A stretch of 64,000 nucleotides of DNA from Ylistrum balloti (Eukaryota): the NCBI RefSeq assembly GCF_031769215.1, contig NW_026782026.1, positions 124,001 to 188,000 on the forward strand, written 5' to 3'. This document shows positions 30,001 to 38,930 of the stretch, in pieces (within the stretch, counting starts at the first letter, position 1; each line of letters opens with the position of its first letter). The notes below the pieces were generated by a model. That model made no database searches. It had not been told where the DNA came from and saw only the letters and a list, made by a program, of their open reading frames with translations. A program made the position numbers and the translations under genes.

Positions 30001-33000
30001 GTACCATAAGTGTGGTCATTGTTGGGGAACCTACCTTGTTGTGTACCATAAGTGTGGTCATTGTTGGGGAACCTACCTTGTTGTGTACCATAAGTGTGGT
30101 CAATGTTGGGGCCAGTTCCTGATGTAAGAGTAGCACCTGATGCCCGTGTCCAGTCAAAGTTGTCACTCTGATCCTGTGTATAGCCACAAATACGGCCATC
30201 TTCAAAGTTGCACTGAATACTGGTAGAAGTATTCACGCCTAAAACATAGGACAACTTGTATAATACCGGTGTAGCCACAATTTTCCTCCCTCTACACACC
30301 TCTATAGACACTCATATATTGTCATAATATACCTCTATAGACACTCAAATATTGTCATAATATACCTCTATAGACACTCAAATATTGTCATAATATACCT
30401 CTATAGACACTCAAATATTGTCATGATATTCCTCTACAGACACTCAAATATTGTCATAATATTCCTCTACAGACCCTCAAATATTGTCATAATAAACCTC
30501 TATAGACACTCAAATATTGTCATAATATACCTCTATAGACACTCAAATATTGTCATGATATTCCTCTACAGACACTCAAATATTGTCATAATATTCCTCT
30601 ACAGACACGCAAATATTGTCATAATGTTCCTCCATAGATACTCTGATATAACTCTACCATCCCTCTACACTCTCAGATATCACCATACTATCCCTCTACA
30701 CACTCAGATATAACCATACTATCCCTCTAAACACTCAGATATAACCACACCATCCCTCTACACACTCAGATATCACCATACTATCCCTCTAAATACTCAG
30801 ATATAACCATACTATCCCTCTAAACACTCAGATATAACCACACCATCCCTCTACACACTCAGATATCACCATACTATCCCTCTAAACACTCAGATATAAC
30901 CATACTATCCCTCTACACACTCAGATATAACTATACTATCCCTCTACACACTCAGGTTTGCTACATCCTCAGCAAAAGCAATAACATCCCTCACAACACA
31001 AGACATAGACCTAATATTCCTCCTGACACTTACCATTCTGGGGACATGGTCTGGTATTATACGTGATGTCATCAATAGCAATGTCTCCTTTGTAGCCCCG
31101 ACCTCGAACTGCTTCCAAAACAAACTGAAAAAACATCAGAATAACAGCATGTTATTGCTGAACTGCATGACAACAGAATCATTACAAAGATGAAAGAAAA
31201 AAACATACAGGGCTAATCATATACAAAGTATATATGTGTCATGTCTTCATATATTAGTACTAAGCATTGTCCCACAGACACTGCTCTAACCTCTGGAAAT
31301 GGACTTGTTATTTCCTGGAGGAGGGGTATGTAACCCTTATAAATACTAGTCGCAATATACCGGTCAGCTTGAGAGAACTTCTCTTTAGCTCCATCAGTTG
31401 AGCATCAGACTAGTAAACCTGAGGTCCCACATTTGAATCCTAGTGGATACACAGAAAAGAACCAGATAATGACCTCTGTCACACATATCATCGCAATGAA
31501 GTAAATCTATTTTCGATCTAGGATGAAGGAAGCAAACCTTGGCCCTAGTATTGACAGGAACATCGACTAGCGCATGCATCCATTTGTTTCCCTGGTCACC
31601 GCTGCGCTGCCATACAGGTTGGCCATTGTTGTTGTTTTTCTGTAGGTACACATTGAGGTTATTGACATGTTGGCCATACATATAGTACCAGAAGGACAAG
31701 CAGGCCTTGCTGCGGGCTGACACCCTCACTGCAGGACTCGTCAGCTGGGCATTAAAACCAGCGGTTCCTGCATTAGCCTCAAAGTACGCATAGTTTCCAT
31801 CTGTAAAACAAGTATAATGCTAATCAATGCTGTACTATGGGTACGCTCCCGAAGAAGATATTGTTCAAATGATGTGTGGTATTATACACGATCAAACAAC
31901 TCTAAGTATATAACTGAAAAGTGTTATAAATGTCAGAAAAAAACGATAAAACTCAGAGGAATAGAATTTCACTCTGAGTACTAAGAAGCTGGAAGCACGC
32001 TATGAATAATGAAGCTGTGCATGCATCTCCCGTGGTTACATAACACCTATGGAGCCAAGGCTGAAGAGGTCAAGCTCCAGATTACCCTGTACAGGTAGTG
32101 ATTGACAGGGGCTTCAATGATGACTGCATACATAATTATTATATTTATTATATGAATATCTTTTAATTGTATACATATTTAGTTATTTCAAATTTCTATT
32201 AAATCAAATATTAATTTAAGACCTATGTTTGGGCAAACATCAGTTATTTTCTCATAAAAACAAGGGCGTTTTTTACATAAAATTAAATCCCTAATGATCC
32301 AACACACGTACAGGTATAGCATGCATTGTTTTTTTCAATTATATAACTGTTAAGCAATTTATTTGCAAGTTTTAATATTCATGCAAATATGAATTAATAA
32401 TTTTAAAGTGGAAAATGTATATTAAACACAGCTTTTATGTAAAATGATGACCTCAATCAATCTTTAATTGAATTTATCCACAGGTAACTTTAATTGATCA
32501 CTCGTTATACCTGCCATATGCACATGGGTGCTCACTCAGGTTTGACCCCTCTACACTTAATCCTCTTATGTAATTGACTGGTTGGCCAGGTGTAATTAAC
32601 AACTTCACAGCTAACATAGCACCTATCATCATATTTTCACTATCACCTTAAATATATGCCTATATGCATTGTTAATATAACTTCTCTTGAGGGGGATCAA
32701 AATACTATAGGGGGGATCATTTTCTGATGGCCAGAAATATGATCCGGATCCTTTTCTGATGGGGGATCCAAATATGATATGACACCGGTACTAACTGAAT
32801 GGAGACAGAATTAATATTGTCCTATAAATTAAAGCATATATCATTTTAATTCTTTAGAAAATTAAAATCCTAACCGGTGTGAAATAACCACAAAGTACAA
32901 GACTGAAAAGTTATTGTTTTTTACATGAATACGTAGACTAAAATGTATTTAAAATGGAAAATGGGATTAAGCTTTTTTTTTAAACAAAAAATGCCACTTT

Positions 33001-36000
33001 CATTTTACAGGTAATAGAAAAGAACCCTTGTTTTCTAAATGTGCGAAGAGTTATAGGATGTCGTATTTTGAGAAAATGCATCAAAGATTATTTTTCAAGA
33101 GTTTTTTTTCACTGCTATACATTTTAATCAAACATGCTGAAGACAATGTAACATTTATTTTCCTAATCATGCTGCTTTATTTCCCCATTTCTGCTAGTTG
33201 CTGTACTTACGTCCAGTCGTGTGGTCATGTGGTGGACCTGTACTCCCTGTTGGTGTTGATCCATTAATCCTCTTCCAGTCTGTTTTATCGCCGGTTGCTT
33301 GGGTCCATTGACAAAAATTTTGTTCAAAATTACAATTTAGATTCTGGCCTCTGGCAGCTGTAAAATAACCAAAATGAAAATATAATAAATACAGGCTTGT
33401 GTAATGGTAACCCACCAAATCACAGGTAATTTGGTGATACAGATGATAATACAGGCTTGTGTAATGGTAACCCATCAAATCGCAAGTGATTTGGTGATAC
33501 AGATGATAATACAGACTTGTGTAATGCTAACCCACCAAATCACAGGTAATTTGGTGATACAGATGATAATACAGACTTGTGTAATGCTAACCCACCAAAT
33601 CACAGGTAATTTGGTGATACAGATGATAATACAGGCTTGTGTAATGGTAACCCACCAAATCACAGGTAATTTGGTGATACAGATGATAATACAGACTTGT
33701 GTAATGCTAACCCACCAAATCACAGGTAATTTGGTGATACAGATGATAATACAGACTTGTGTAACGCTAACCCACCAAATCACAGGTAATTTGGTGATAC
33801 AGAAGAAAATACAGACTTGTGTAATGGTAACCCACCAAATCACAGGTGGTTTGGTGATTCAGTAATCAACCTATCACAGGTGGTTTGGTGAAACAATTAA
33901 TGGGGGTTGGGGGCTTGTATTCTGACAATATCTTAGTCTGTCCCTATTGGCATATGTGTAAAAGCACATGTGTAGAAAAGTACATTTTACTAGAATTAGA
34001 ATTTAGTTATCCGAATGAAATTTAATTAAAATTGGTCAAGAAAAGTTCACTGATAACAGAAAGTGGAATACACCATTCAATGATCGCTTACTCAAGACTA
34101 AAGGTTATGTGACCAATTAAAAACAAGGCCCTATGTGAGCCCCTTTTACACAACTAGTTTGGATTTGTCACAGCTACTTTATCCATACAGAAGAAGAAAG
34201 TCTTTTAAGGTTTATTACAGCTGTACACCTACTGGACCCCATGGATACATTTCTGATACCTAAGAGGTACAATTCAAAACCAATTTTCTCAAAATCCCTT
34301 TATCCTTACAAAAAAAAAGGATTTGAAGATTTACTTTTTATTTTCCCAACTGGAACCAGCCTCTGCCCCACTGCCCCTCGGGTGGGCGGGACACTTCATT
34401 AATACAACATTGAGTCCCTTTCACCTAAGGATGCTTCAGACCAAATCTGAAGAAATTCTCTCAGGTGGGCGGGACACTTCATTTATACAAAAATGAGTCC
34501 CTTTCACCCAGGGATGCTTCAGACCAAATCTGAAGGAATTCTGTCATTGCTATACAAGTCTGCAAAAGAAAAGCAGACTTTGAACAAAGTTATGTCTTTC
34601 CTACATATTTCAAATCCGTTTGGATGATATACTGTCATTCCTTTAATATCTTGCCATTCCTACTGACAAGATAGACTTTTGAAGAATTTGCATTAAACAA
34701 TCTTTTGGGTCCTGCCTCTTAGGCCCCAGGTGGCTGATTCCCCTTCCCTAAGGATGTTCATGACAAAATGTGGTCAAATCAGAAAGATTTTAAAAGGATT
34801 GACCTGTTTTCCCTATTGAGCATTGCCTCTGTCCCTAGGGTGGTCAGGCATACCATTTATATAAAACAGGGTCCCCGTCACCTGGAGATGCTTCTGGTGA
34901 AATATTGAGACAAAATTCTAACATTTCTATTGGATAAGAGGGGATGAGATGGGAAAAAATTAACTCACAAACACAAGTAATTCTTTTCACAATATGATCT
35001 TTCTACACGCAACAATCGTTAGATTTACTCTTTTAGAGTTGCTATTTCTAGAGAGCGAGTTTGGGCCAGTGTGTATTTGTGGTTATTTTTTCGAAAGAAT
35101 ATCAATGCCAAACAACGTTTTATTCAATAAATATTACATGATATGCTAAACACATTCTAATACATTTATGTATCAACTTGGTTGCAATTCATCGGCGTAG
35201 CGTTACTGAAGCATCAAGTCCTAGGCCTAATTGGTCGACGTTATATTCAATACGCCTCTCGCCAATCCCTTGGGAAATGATTGTTATGTCTATACCACAT
35301 AACTTGCCAACTTTTGTTGAAACATCTGTGCCAAAATATCGTGATCTTACCTACGAAACGTGTCTATCGTTTTAGTCTAGATTTCTACCAACCCCAGCCT
35401 CCACAGAAATTCAGATGTCATCCCTACCCTCAACCACTTCCGGCAGGAGAGCAGACGAACTTGGGGTTTTCAAAATGTTTTTTTTATCTTGTTCCAGGAA
35501 GCCAATGGGGGTAGGGCCGCTTATTTTATTGATATTGATGTTGTTAAAAATTGAAATTATTTTCAATAAACTCATTCCCTTTTCAAGTCAGAGGTCCGAG
35601 GTACCGAGGTCTCAACCTAATATACAGCCCCTCATCCATAGGGGATTGGTCGAGCCTCGAATGAAACAGAACAATTCTGAAGGCTATAATTTACTTAGTA
35701 ATTTTAAAGGGCAGAAAGTCTAGACATTTTTTCTGACACAAATTTGCATTGACGCGCGTGTTGTCCTGTAAAATTTAATGACTTTCTACTTGTTAGTTCC
35801 GAGGATAACATCGATTGAGTATGTACATGTATCGATGTGTGATAATCAATGCTTGATCGCGAGGATCACCGAACGGTACACGTTTCACGAATACTTAATC
35901 TGAAATGATCAGTCTCGCATGAGAACAATGCAACGAAAATATAAATCCATCTCTCTTCAAGACTGATCAAAACCTCCTCTGGGTTCTTTAAAAAAGGGTA

Positions 36001-37410
36001 AGAAAACAAAATTAATTTCTAATGCCACTTTCTTTAGGACAGTGTTCGTGGTATTTGGTATGCATCGTGCGTAATTTGGTTTGCAAGCATGTGTATGTGC
36101 CACTTTCTGGTCGAAGGAGACAATCGACGCCATATGCAACAAACGTTTCTCTGTACATCTCATGACAAAGTTTCTTTTTTTTAACATTGAATTTAATTCG
36201 AGCTGATAAACGAAACACATATTTTGCATTTTAGAAAGGCTGCAACATGTCTTTCAAACAAAACATCACACACAAACACAAGAAATGGTATTTCAGAACT
36301 CCGAGTTGTTACATTTCGGTAGGTTTTTAAGCAAAAATTAAACGCAGACTGCAAATGCATGTGTTGCGCCATTATCAACATTCATAACGTAAATTCAATT
36401 ACCAGTGGATTTCTGACAAACGCCGCGAATGAAAAACGCTCCAGGATAAATTACCGCGACAAGTGACTTAAGTATCTCAAAATTATAACACGGGCGAATT
36501 CACTGGATGTGATCAATGTTGTTCTATATTTTTTCGTTTCCGATGAAAGAAAAACCTTACGTAAATAAATAAATAAATCTTGTTACATGTTGTTCAATGA
36601 TGCGACATTATAACAGTTACTGAGAGTAGATGTACACGGCACTCTCCAGTATATGTTATATGTGTAAACATAATCATGAAATGTGTGAGACATTGTATGT
36701 AATGCTTATGATAAACATGGTGTTGGTGCGCAGTTTGCATATTTGTATATTATATGTGTTTGTTATGTTTAGTGGTAAGTTGTGAAAACTTAAGCTTATA
36801 AAGAATCTGAAACATTCCCGTTGATAATTTCTTTAAAAGAAGCGGAAAGGCTCGGTCCCTCTCGATCACACCGAAGTCGCTAGACGGTCGGAGCACTCTT
36901 TTGTCCGGTCCTTTCAAATTTCATTAGGTGACTTAATATACCATACTTTATATTTGTATGATGACTTCTATTAGATGTCTTAAATAAAATCCTGTATAAC
37001 AATATTATATAGCATTGTAGTTGAAAGTCATTTGCAAAATACAGAATGAACGGATGCTGTAATGACGAGTTTAAAGAGAGGAATCCCTCTTAAATCAGAC
37101 TAGTTTTTTTCACTTTCAATCTCTGTTTCTTACTCTCGTTTCCTCTATTTCAATCTTCAAAATGTCTTGGATTTCAATGACAACTTCCATGCACTTCTCT
37201 GTTGCATAAATTCAAAGCAAGTTTTGGCTAACGATGATGGAGGGGTGTTAAAGTTCGTCACACGATGAAGGAGGGGTGTTAAAGAAAATATCATCACACG
37301 ATGAAGGAGGGGTGTTAAAGAAAAGGTCATCACACGGTGAAGGAGGGTTGTCATACTTTACCTGGTAATCCAACCACCAGAATGCCGAGAAAGAAGTAAA
37401 CTCCGTTCAT
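1..37410 (-). CDS. Secreted multi-MAM-domain protein (signal peptide + >=8 tandem MAM domains; MALRD1/MAMDC-like), 3'-partial, 26 exons in window
   Basis: Hand-spliced join (minus): 37410-37362, 33357-33211, 31800-31538, 31124-31034, 30238-30077, 25993-25740, 25548-25458, 25191-25054, 23686-23427, 22772-22688, 22146-22045, 21122-20982, 19091-18835, 18167-18083, 17207-17046, 16487-16333, 15370-15260, 13471-13381, 8152-8012, 7021-6854, 5812-5630, 5457-5251, 4907-4639, 3256-3172, 825-676, 72-<1. All introns GT-AG with consistent phases. MAM motifs recur eight times: CxF(D/E)xxxCxW/Y, DW.R, GP..DHT, G.Y.Y.E, C..F.Y.MYG, G.QG..W, GDIAIDD. Confidence 0.9.
300..545. repeat. 31-bp minisatellite (intronic)
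   Basis: unit ttagtccctggggagactaaagaaaatcagg, about 6 copies. Confidence 0.85.
676..825 (-). CDS. MAM gene exon 25 (MAM-H N-terminal part)
   Basis: [31 protein letters not shown]...[12 protein letters not shown]. Confidence 0.9.
945..2915. repeat. 26-bp minisatellite (intronic)
   Basis: unit caccaccaaaagtataaattctc(t/g)gt, about 2 kb, with recurring variant blocks. Confidence 0.95.
3172..3256 (-). CDS. MAM gene exon 24 (MAM-G C-terminal part)
   Basis: [28 protein letters not shown]. Confidence 0.88.
3300..4535. repeat. 63-bp minisatellite (3 x ~21-bp subunits) rich in ACAGGAAGT, with degenerate tail
   Basis: unit aaacaggaagtgccatcatcaacaggaagtgtcatcattaatagaaagtgtttaaagcttcat; explains ORF 3333..3629. 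Confidence 0.9.
4639..4907 (-). CDS. MAM gene exon 23 (MAM-G middle)
   Basis: [23 protein letters not shown]...[11 protein letters not shown]...GNQGNRW...TVFN. Confidence 0.9.
5251..5457 (-). CDS. MAM gene exon 22 (Thr-rich linker + MAM-G N-terminal part)
   Basis: [22 protein letters not shown]...[24 protein letters not shown]...GPNSDHSG. Confidence 0.88.
5630..5812 (-). CDS. MAM gene exon 21 (MAM-F C-terminal part)
   Basis: [18 protein letters not shown]...[30 protein letters not shown]; |gtgagt donor. Confidence 0.9.
5930..6780. repeat. 36-bp minisatellite (intronic)
   Basis: unit tactgtctgatgacctgtaagtacatacagtatcta. Confidence 0.95.
6854..7021 (-). CDS. MAM gene exon 20 (MAM-F middle)
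   Basis: [11 protein letters not shown]...[24 protein letters not shown]; |gtaagt donor. Confidence 0.9.
7299..7474 (+). mobile_element. 5'-truncated RTE-clade LINE 3' end with (GAGT)n tail and 12-bp TSD
   Basis: Encodes [53 protein letters not shown], resembling the RTE ORF C-terminus (GRP..TW...W......A.DR..WR pattern); flanked by atgaaacctttg at 7287-7298 and 7475-7486. Confidence 0.8.
7475..8000. repeat. Degenerate ~40-bp purine-rich minisatellite
   Basis: recurring ggagagtatgaaaactctgtctgggagag.atgatttaagg-like units. Confidence 0.7.
8012..8152 (-). CDS. MAM gene exon 19 (MAM-F N-terminal part)
   Basis: [28 protein letters not shown]...[12 protein letters not shown]. Confidence 0.9.
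8430..13010. repeat. 4.6-kb A/C-rich ~14-bp simple satellite (UG-rich on the transcribed strand)
   Basis: units acatacacc(a/t)aaca; plus strand almost devoid of G; source of all the MYVV/CCLV ORFs. Confidence 0.97.
13381..13471 (-). CDS. MAM gene exon 18 (MAM-E C-terminal part)
   Basis: [30 protein letters not shown]. Confidence 0.9.
13575..13775. repeat. ~60-bp tandem repeat, 3 copies
   Basis: gcaactttacctttcaagctggtacagagttataacacacacagagatgtcaactcaaaaatg. Confidence 0.85.
13955..14600. repeat. 55-bp minisatellite
   Basis: catccaagtgctgacctcattcaacactgcttaacttaactccattgaaggatcc. Confidence 0.92.
15260..15370 (-). CDS. MAM gene exon 17 (MAM-E middle b)
   Basis: [37 protein letters not shown]; phase 0-0. 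Confidence 0.85.
15655..16240. repeat. 33-bp minisatellite
   Basis: ttgggtgattcaaccctatgggcatcccttcct; explains three overlapping 11-aa-repeat ORFs. Confidence 0.93.
16333..16487 (-). CDS. MAM gene exon 16 (MAM-E middle a)
   Basis: [23 protein letters not shown]...[22 protein letters not shown]. Confidence 0.9.
16580..17085 (-). repeat. 46-bp tandem array of exon-15 3' end + splice donor (11 copies)
   Basis: minus unit gaccctcaaatgatcacacatacaataccagacaag|gtaaggtcca; junctions after 17046, 17000 ... 16586, spaced exactly 46 nt. Confidence 0.95.
17046..17207 (-). CDS. MAM gene exon 15 (MAM-E N-terminal part)
   Basis: [32 protein letters not shown]...[13 protein letters not shown]; first donor CAAG|GTAAAG. 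Confidence 0.88.
17255..18082. repeat. 32-bp minisatellite starting at the exon-14 donor
   Basis: tttgtgttaatgaaccagtaatttgtgtcacc; fills almost the whole intron. Confidence 0.92.
18083..18167 (-). CDS. MAM gene exon 14 (MAM-D C-terminal part)
   Basis: [28 protein letters not shown]. Confidence 0.9.
18835..19091 (-). CDS. MAM gene exon 13 (MAM-D middle)
   Basis: [10 protein letters not shown]...[20 protein letters not shown]...GNQGNQW...APFN. Confidence 0.9.
20640..20957 (+). mobile_element. Degenerate HINE/pearl-like element 3' part
   Basis: acag/atag microsatellite (about 20840-20905) followed by an imperfect hairpin acccttt...gaagggt and ttatgaaa; 5' boundary approximate. Confidence 0.35.
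20982..21122 (-). CDS. MAM gene exon 12 (MAM-D N-terminal part)
   Basis: [27 protein letters not shown]...GPSSDHTSG; |gtaagt donor. Confidence 0.9.
21686..21923. mobile_element. MITE with ~45-bp terminal inverted repeats (Tc1/mariner-like)
   Basis: left (ta)ctgtggattcatttattttcgttggg; right ccccacaaaataaaatgaatccacag(tt); TA on left, TT on right. Confidence 0.75.
22045..22146 (-). CDS. MAM gene exon 11 (Thr/Pro/Ser-rich linker)
   Basis: [34 protein letters not shown]; 102 nt, phase 1-1, donor |gtcagt. Confidence 0.75.
22688..22772 (-). CDS. MAM gene exon 10 (MAM-C C-terminal part)
   Basis: [28 protein letters not shown]; |gtaagt donor. Confidence 0.9.
22905..23325 (+). mobile_element. Degenerate HINE/pearl-like element
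   Basis: starts aacaagag; internal tgacctt motifs; acag/acac tract; ends ccccta...gggag.gtaat hairpin-like. Confidence 0.5.
23427..23686 (-). CDS. MAM gene exon 9 (MAM-C middle)
   Basis: [11 protein letters not shown]...ARLIS...[11 protein letters not shown]...GSQNGTW...NNFK. Confidence 0.9.
24080..25075 (-). repeat. 39-bp minisatellite homologous to the exon-8 donor junction (GT changed to AT in copies)
   Basis: minus junction catggcaacaatagag|gtagggtagaagtgt vs unit catagcaacaatcaag|atagtgtagaagtgt; about 24 copies, with a 353-bp higher-order repeat. Confidence 0.88.
25054..25191 (-). CDS. MAM gene exon 8 (MAM-C N-terminal part)
   Basis: [24 protein letters not shown]...[12 protein letters not shown]; GAG|GTAGGG donor. 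Confidence 0.9.
25458..25548 (-). CDS. MAM gene exon 7 (MAM-B C-terminal part)
   Basis: [30 protein letters not shown]. Confidence 0.9.
25740..25993 (-). CDS. MAM gene exon 6 (MAM-B middle)
   Basis: GHYVYIDAS...KARLISP...[11 protein letters not shown]...GNQGVGW...RAFN; |gtatgt donor. Confidence 0.9.
26085..26170 (+). mobile_element. Relic terminus of a pogo/Tc1-like MITE
   Basis: tacagtcaaaacttg...ctcaaattcaagggatc...ttcgacttatcc resembles TA-CAGTCAAAC..CTCGAA-type termini; partner TIR not found. Confidence 0.35.
26770..27891 (+). mobile_element. Pearl/HINE-type non-autonomous helentron-associated element
   Basis: 5' aacaagag + hairpin gatccc/gggatc + subterminal gcccacca; about five 155-158-bp core repeats (starts 27039, 27197, 27352, 27508, 27664); (acgg)n tract about 27811-27845; 3' hairpin cccaccatc-tgat-gatggtggg containing the inverted tggtgggc; ends ctaaaaa. 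Confidence 0.85.
28276..28618. repeat. 174-bp direct duplication (possibly MITE-derived)
   Basis: gaaatttcgactcaatgaaatt...gtaccttctactgaa occurs twice, starting at 28276 and 28450; shares ctcaaacggaat with 26150. Confidence 0.75.
28770..30110 (-). repeat. 42-bp tandem array of exon-5 3' end + splice donor (32 copies)
   Basis: minus unit cccaacaatgaccacacttatggtacacaacaag|gtaggttc; first junction after 30077, last after 28777 (1300 = 31x42 - 2, i.e. two 41-bp units). Confidence 0.95.
30077..30238 (-). CDS. MAM gene exon 5 (MAM-B N-terminal part; 3' end has a ladder of alternative donors)
   Basis: [32 protein letters not shown]...[13 protein letters not shown]; first donor CAAG|GTAGGT after 30077. 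Confidence 0.85.
30295..30960. repeat. Two related adjacent minisatellites (33-bp and 31-bp)
   Basis: acctctatagacactcaaatattgtcataatat then atccctctacacactcagatataaccatact. Confidence 0.88.
31034..31124 (-). CDS. MAM gene exon 4 (MAM-A C-terminal part)
   Basis: [30 protein letters not shown]; |gtaagt donor. Confidence 0.9.
31538..31800 (-). CDS. MAM gene exon 3 (MAM-A middle)
   Basis: [10 protein letters not shown]...[20 protein letters not shown]...GDQGNKW...NTRAK. Confidence 0.9.
33211..33357 (-). CDS. MAM gene exon 2 (MAM-A N-terminal part)
   Basis: [20 protein letters not shown]...GPPHDHTTG; ttacag| acceptor, |gtaagt donor. Confidence 0.9.
33390..33890. repeat. 60-bp minisatellite
   Basis: acaggcttgtgtaatggtaacccaccaaatcacaggtaatttggtgatacagatgataat. 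Confidence 0.92.
34123..34920 (+). mobile_element. Degenerate helentron-associated element with bivalve-satellite-like cores
   Basis: starts aacaaggccc; duplicated gggtgggcgggacacttcat...ccctttcacc.a.ggatgcttcagaccaaatctgaag cores; 3' boundary uncertain. Confidence 0.45.
37362..37410 (-). CDS. MAM gene exon 1 (start codon, signal peptide)
   Basis: ATG at 37410 gives [16 protein letters not shown], then CAG|GTAAAG phase-1 donor. Joined to exon 2 it reads ...[15 protein letters not shown], a hydrophobic core plus A-R-G cleavage-like site. Confidence 0.75.
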
Positions 37411-37844
37411 CTCCCTCCGAGATCGCTGAGTGTATTCCGCGACATATATTTAGGATAATTCCAATGTAGATTACCACGAGAGAGACAGGAGAAAGACTGT
37501 TACATAGGCCCAGTGTATGTGTCTATATATCATCCACCCCTTTACGCTATCTCATCGGGTACAGTAGTCCACACAGATAAACAAGCCACAGTCCCTTTAT
37601 TATGTAAACTTCTGTTTCATAATAAATACCTTCGTATCAAATAAAGTACACTTTCTTATGACATTATTCTTTATGAAGATATTAGAATCGGGAATAAATA
37701 CTGGCGAGGAGGGATTTTAAAATGCATGTATAGAATCAGACGATAACACATAATTAGGTACAGATATTAAATATATCAAGTGTAGGCTCAAATGAGGATG
37801 AATTTTAATACAAATTTCGAGGAGGATAACATGCTTGGCCATAG

Positions 37845-38125
37845 ACTCAGCTCAAACGAAATTAGGTATAGACTCAGCTCAAACGAAATTAGGTATAGAC
37901 TCAGCTCAAAAGAAATTAGGTATAGACTCAACTCAAACGAAATTGGGTATAGACTCAACTCAAGTGAAATTAGGTATAGACTCAACTCAAACGAAATTAG
38001 GTATTGACTCAACTCAAACGAAATTAGGTATAGACTCAGCTCAAACGAAATTAGGTATTGACTCAGCTCAAACGAAATTAGGTAAAGACTCATATCAAAC
38101 GAAATTAGGTATAGACTCAGCTCAA
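37845..38125. repeat. 27-bp minisatellite
   Basis: aaacgaaattaggtatagactcagctc. Confidence 0.9.
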
Positions 38126-38299
38126 ATGATAAGGTTAAAGGAATTAAAGGTACAGACTGGGCATCGGAGATGTTGGTTACGTACAGGCTTGATTAAACAC
38201 CCATCCGGTGAGGAAACTCTAATAAGGCACAGACTTTATTAGACACTCAATGTGTACAGAATCTGGTGAGGGGACACTAATTAGATAAACATTCGTATG

Positions 38300-38930
38300 A
38301 GGAGACACTAATTAGGTATAAACTCAGGAGAAGACGCAATAGTTAGGTACACAATCGGGTGAGAGGACGCTAACTAGGTACAAACTCAGGAGAAGACGCA
38401 ATAGTAAGGTACACAATCGGTTGGGGGACGCTAACTAGGTACAAACTCAGGAGAAGACGCAATAGTTAGGTACACAATCGGTTGGGGGACGCTAACTAGG
38501 TACAAACTCAGGAGAAGACGCAATAGTAAGGTACACAATCGGTTGGGGGACGCTAACTAGGTACAAACTCAGGAGAAGACGCAATAGTTAGGTACACAAT
38601 CGGGTGAGGGGACGCTAACTAGGTACAAACTCAGGAGAAGACGCAATAGTTAGGTACACAATCGGTTGAGGGGACGCTAACTAGGTACAAACTCAGGAGA
38701 AGACGCAATAGTAAGGTAGAGAATCGGGTGAGGGGACGCTAACTAGGTACAAACTCAGGAGGAGACGCAATAGTTAGGTACACAATCAGGTGAGGGGACG
38801 CTAACTAGGTACAAACTCAGGAGGAGACGCAATTGTAAGGTAGAGAATCGGGTGAGGGGACGCTAACTAGGTACAAACTCAGGAGGAGACGCAATTGTTA
38901 GGTAGAGAATCGGGTGAGTACTATTTTAGG
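38300..38930. repeat. 61-62-bp minisatellite
   Basis: ggtacacaatcgggtgaggggacgctaactaggtacaaactcaggagaagacgcaatagtta. Confidence 0.92.

Noticed and set aside
28726-30122. Long plus-strand ORFs of 371 and 334 aa with repeated C/H motifs ([14 protein letters not shown]), superficially metal-binding
   Set aside because: Antisense readings of the 42-bp junction array; open only because the unit is a stop-poor multiple of 3.
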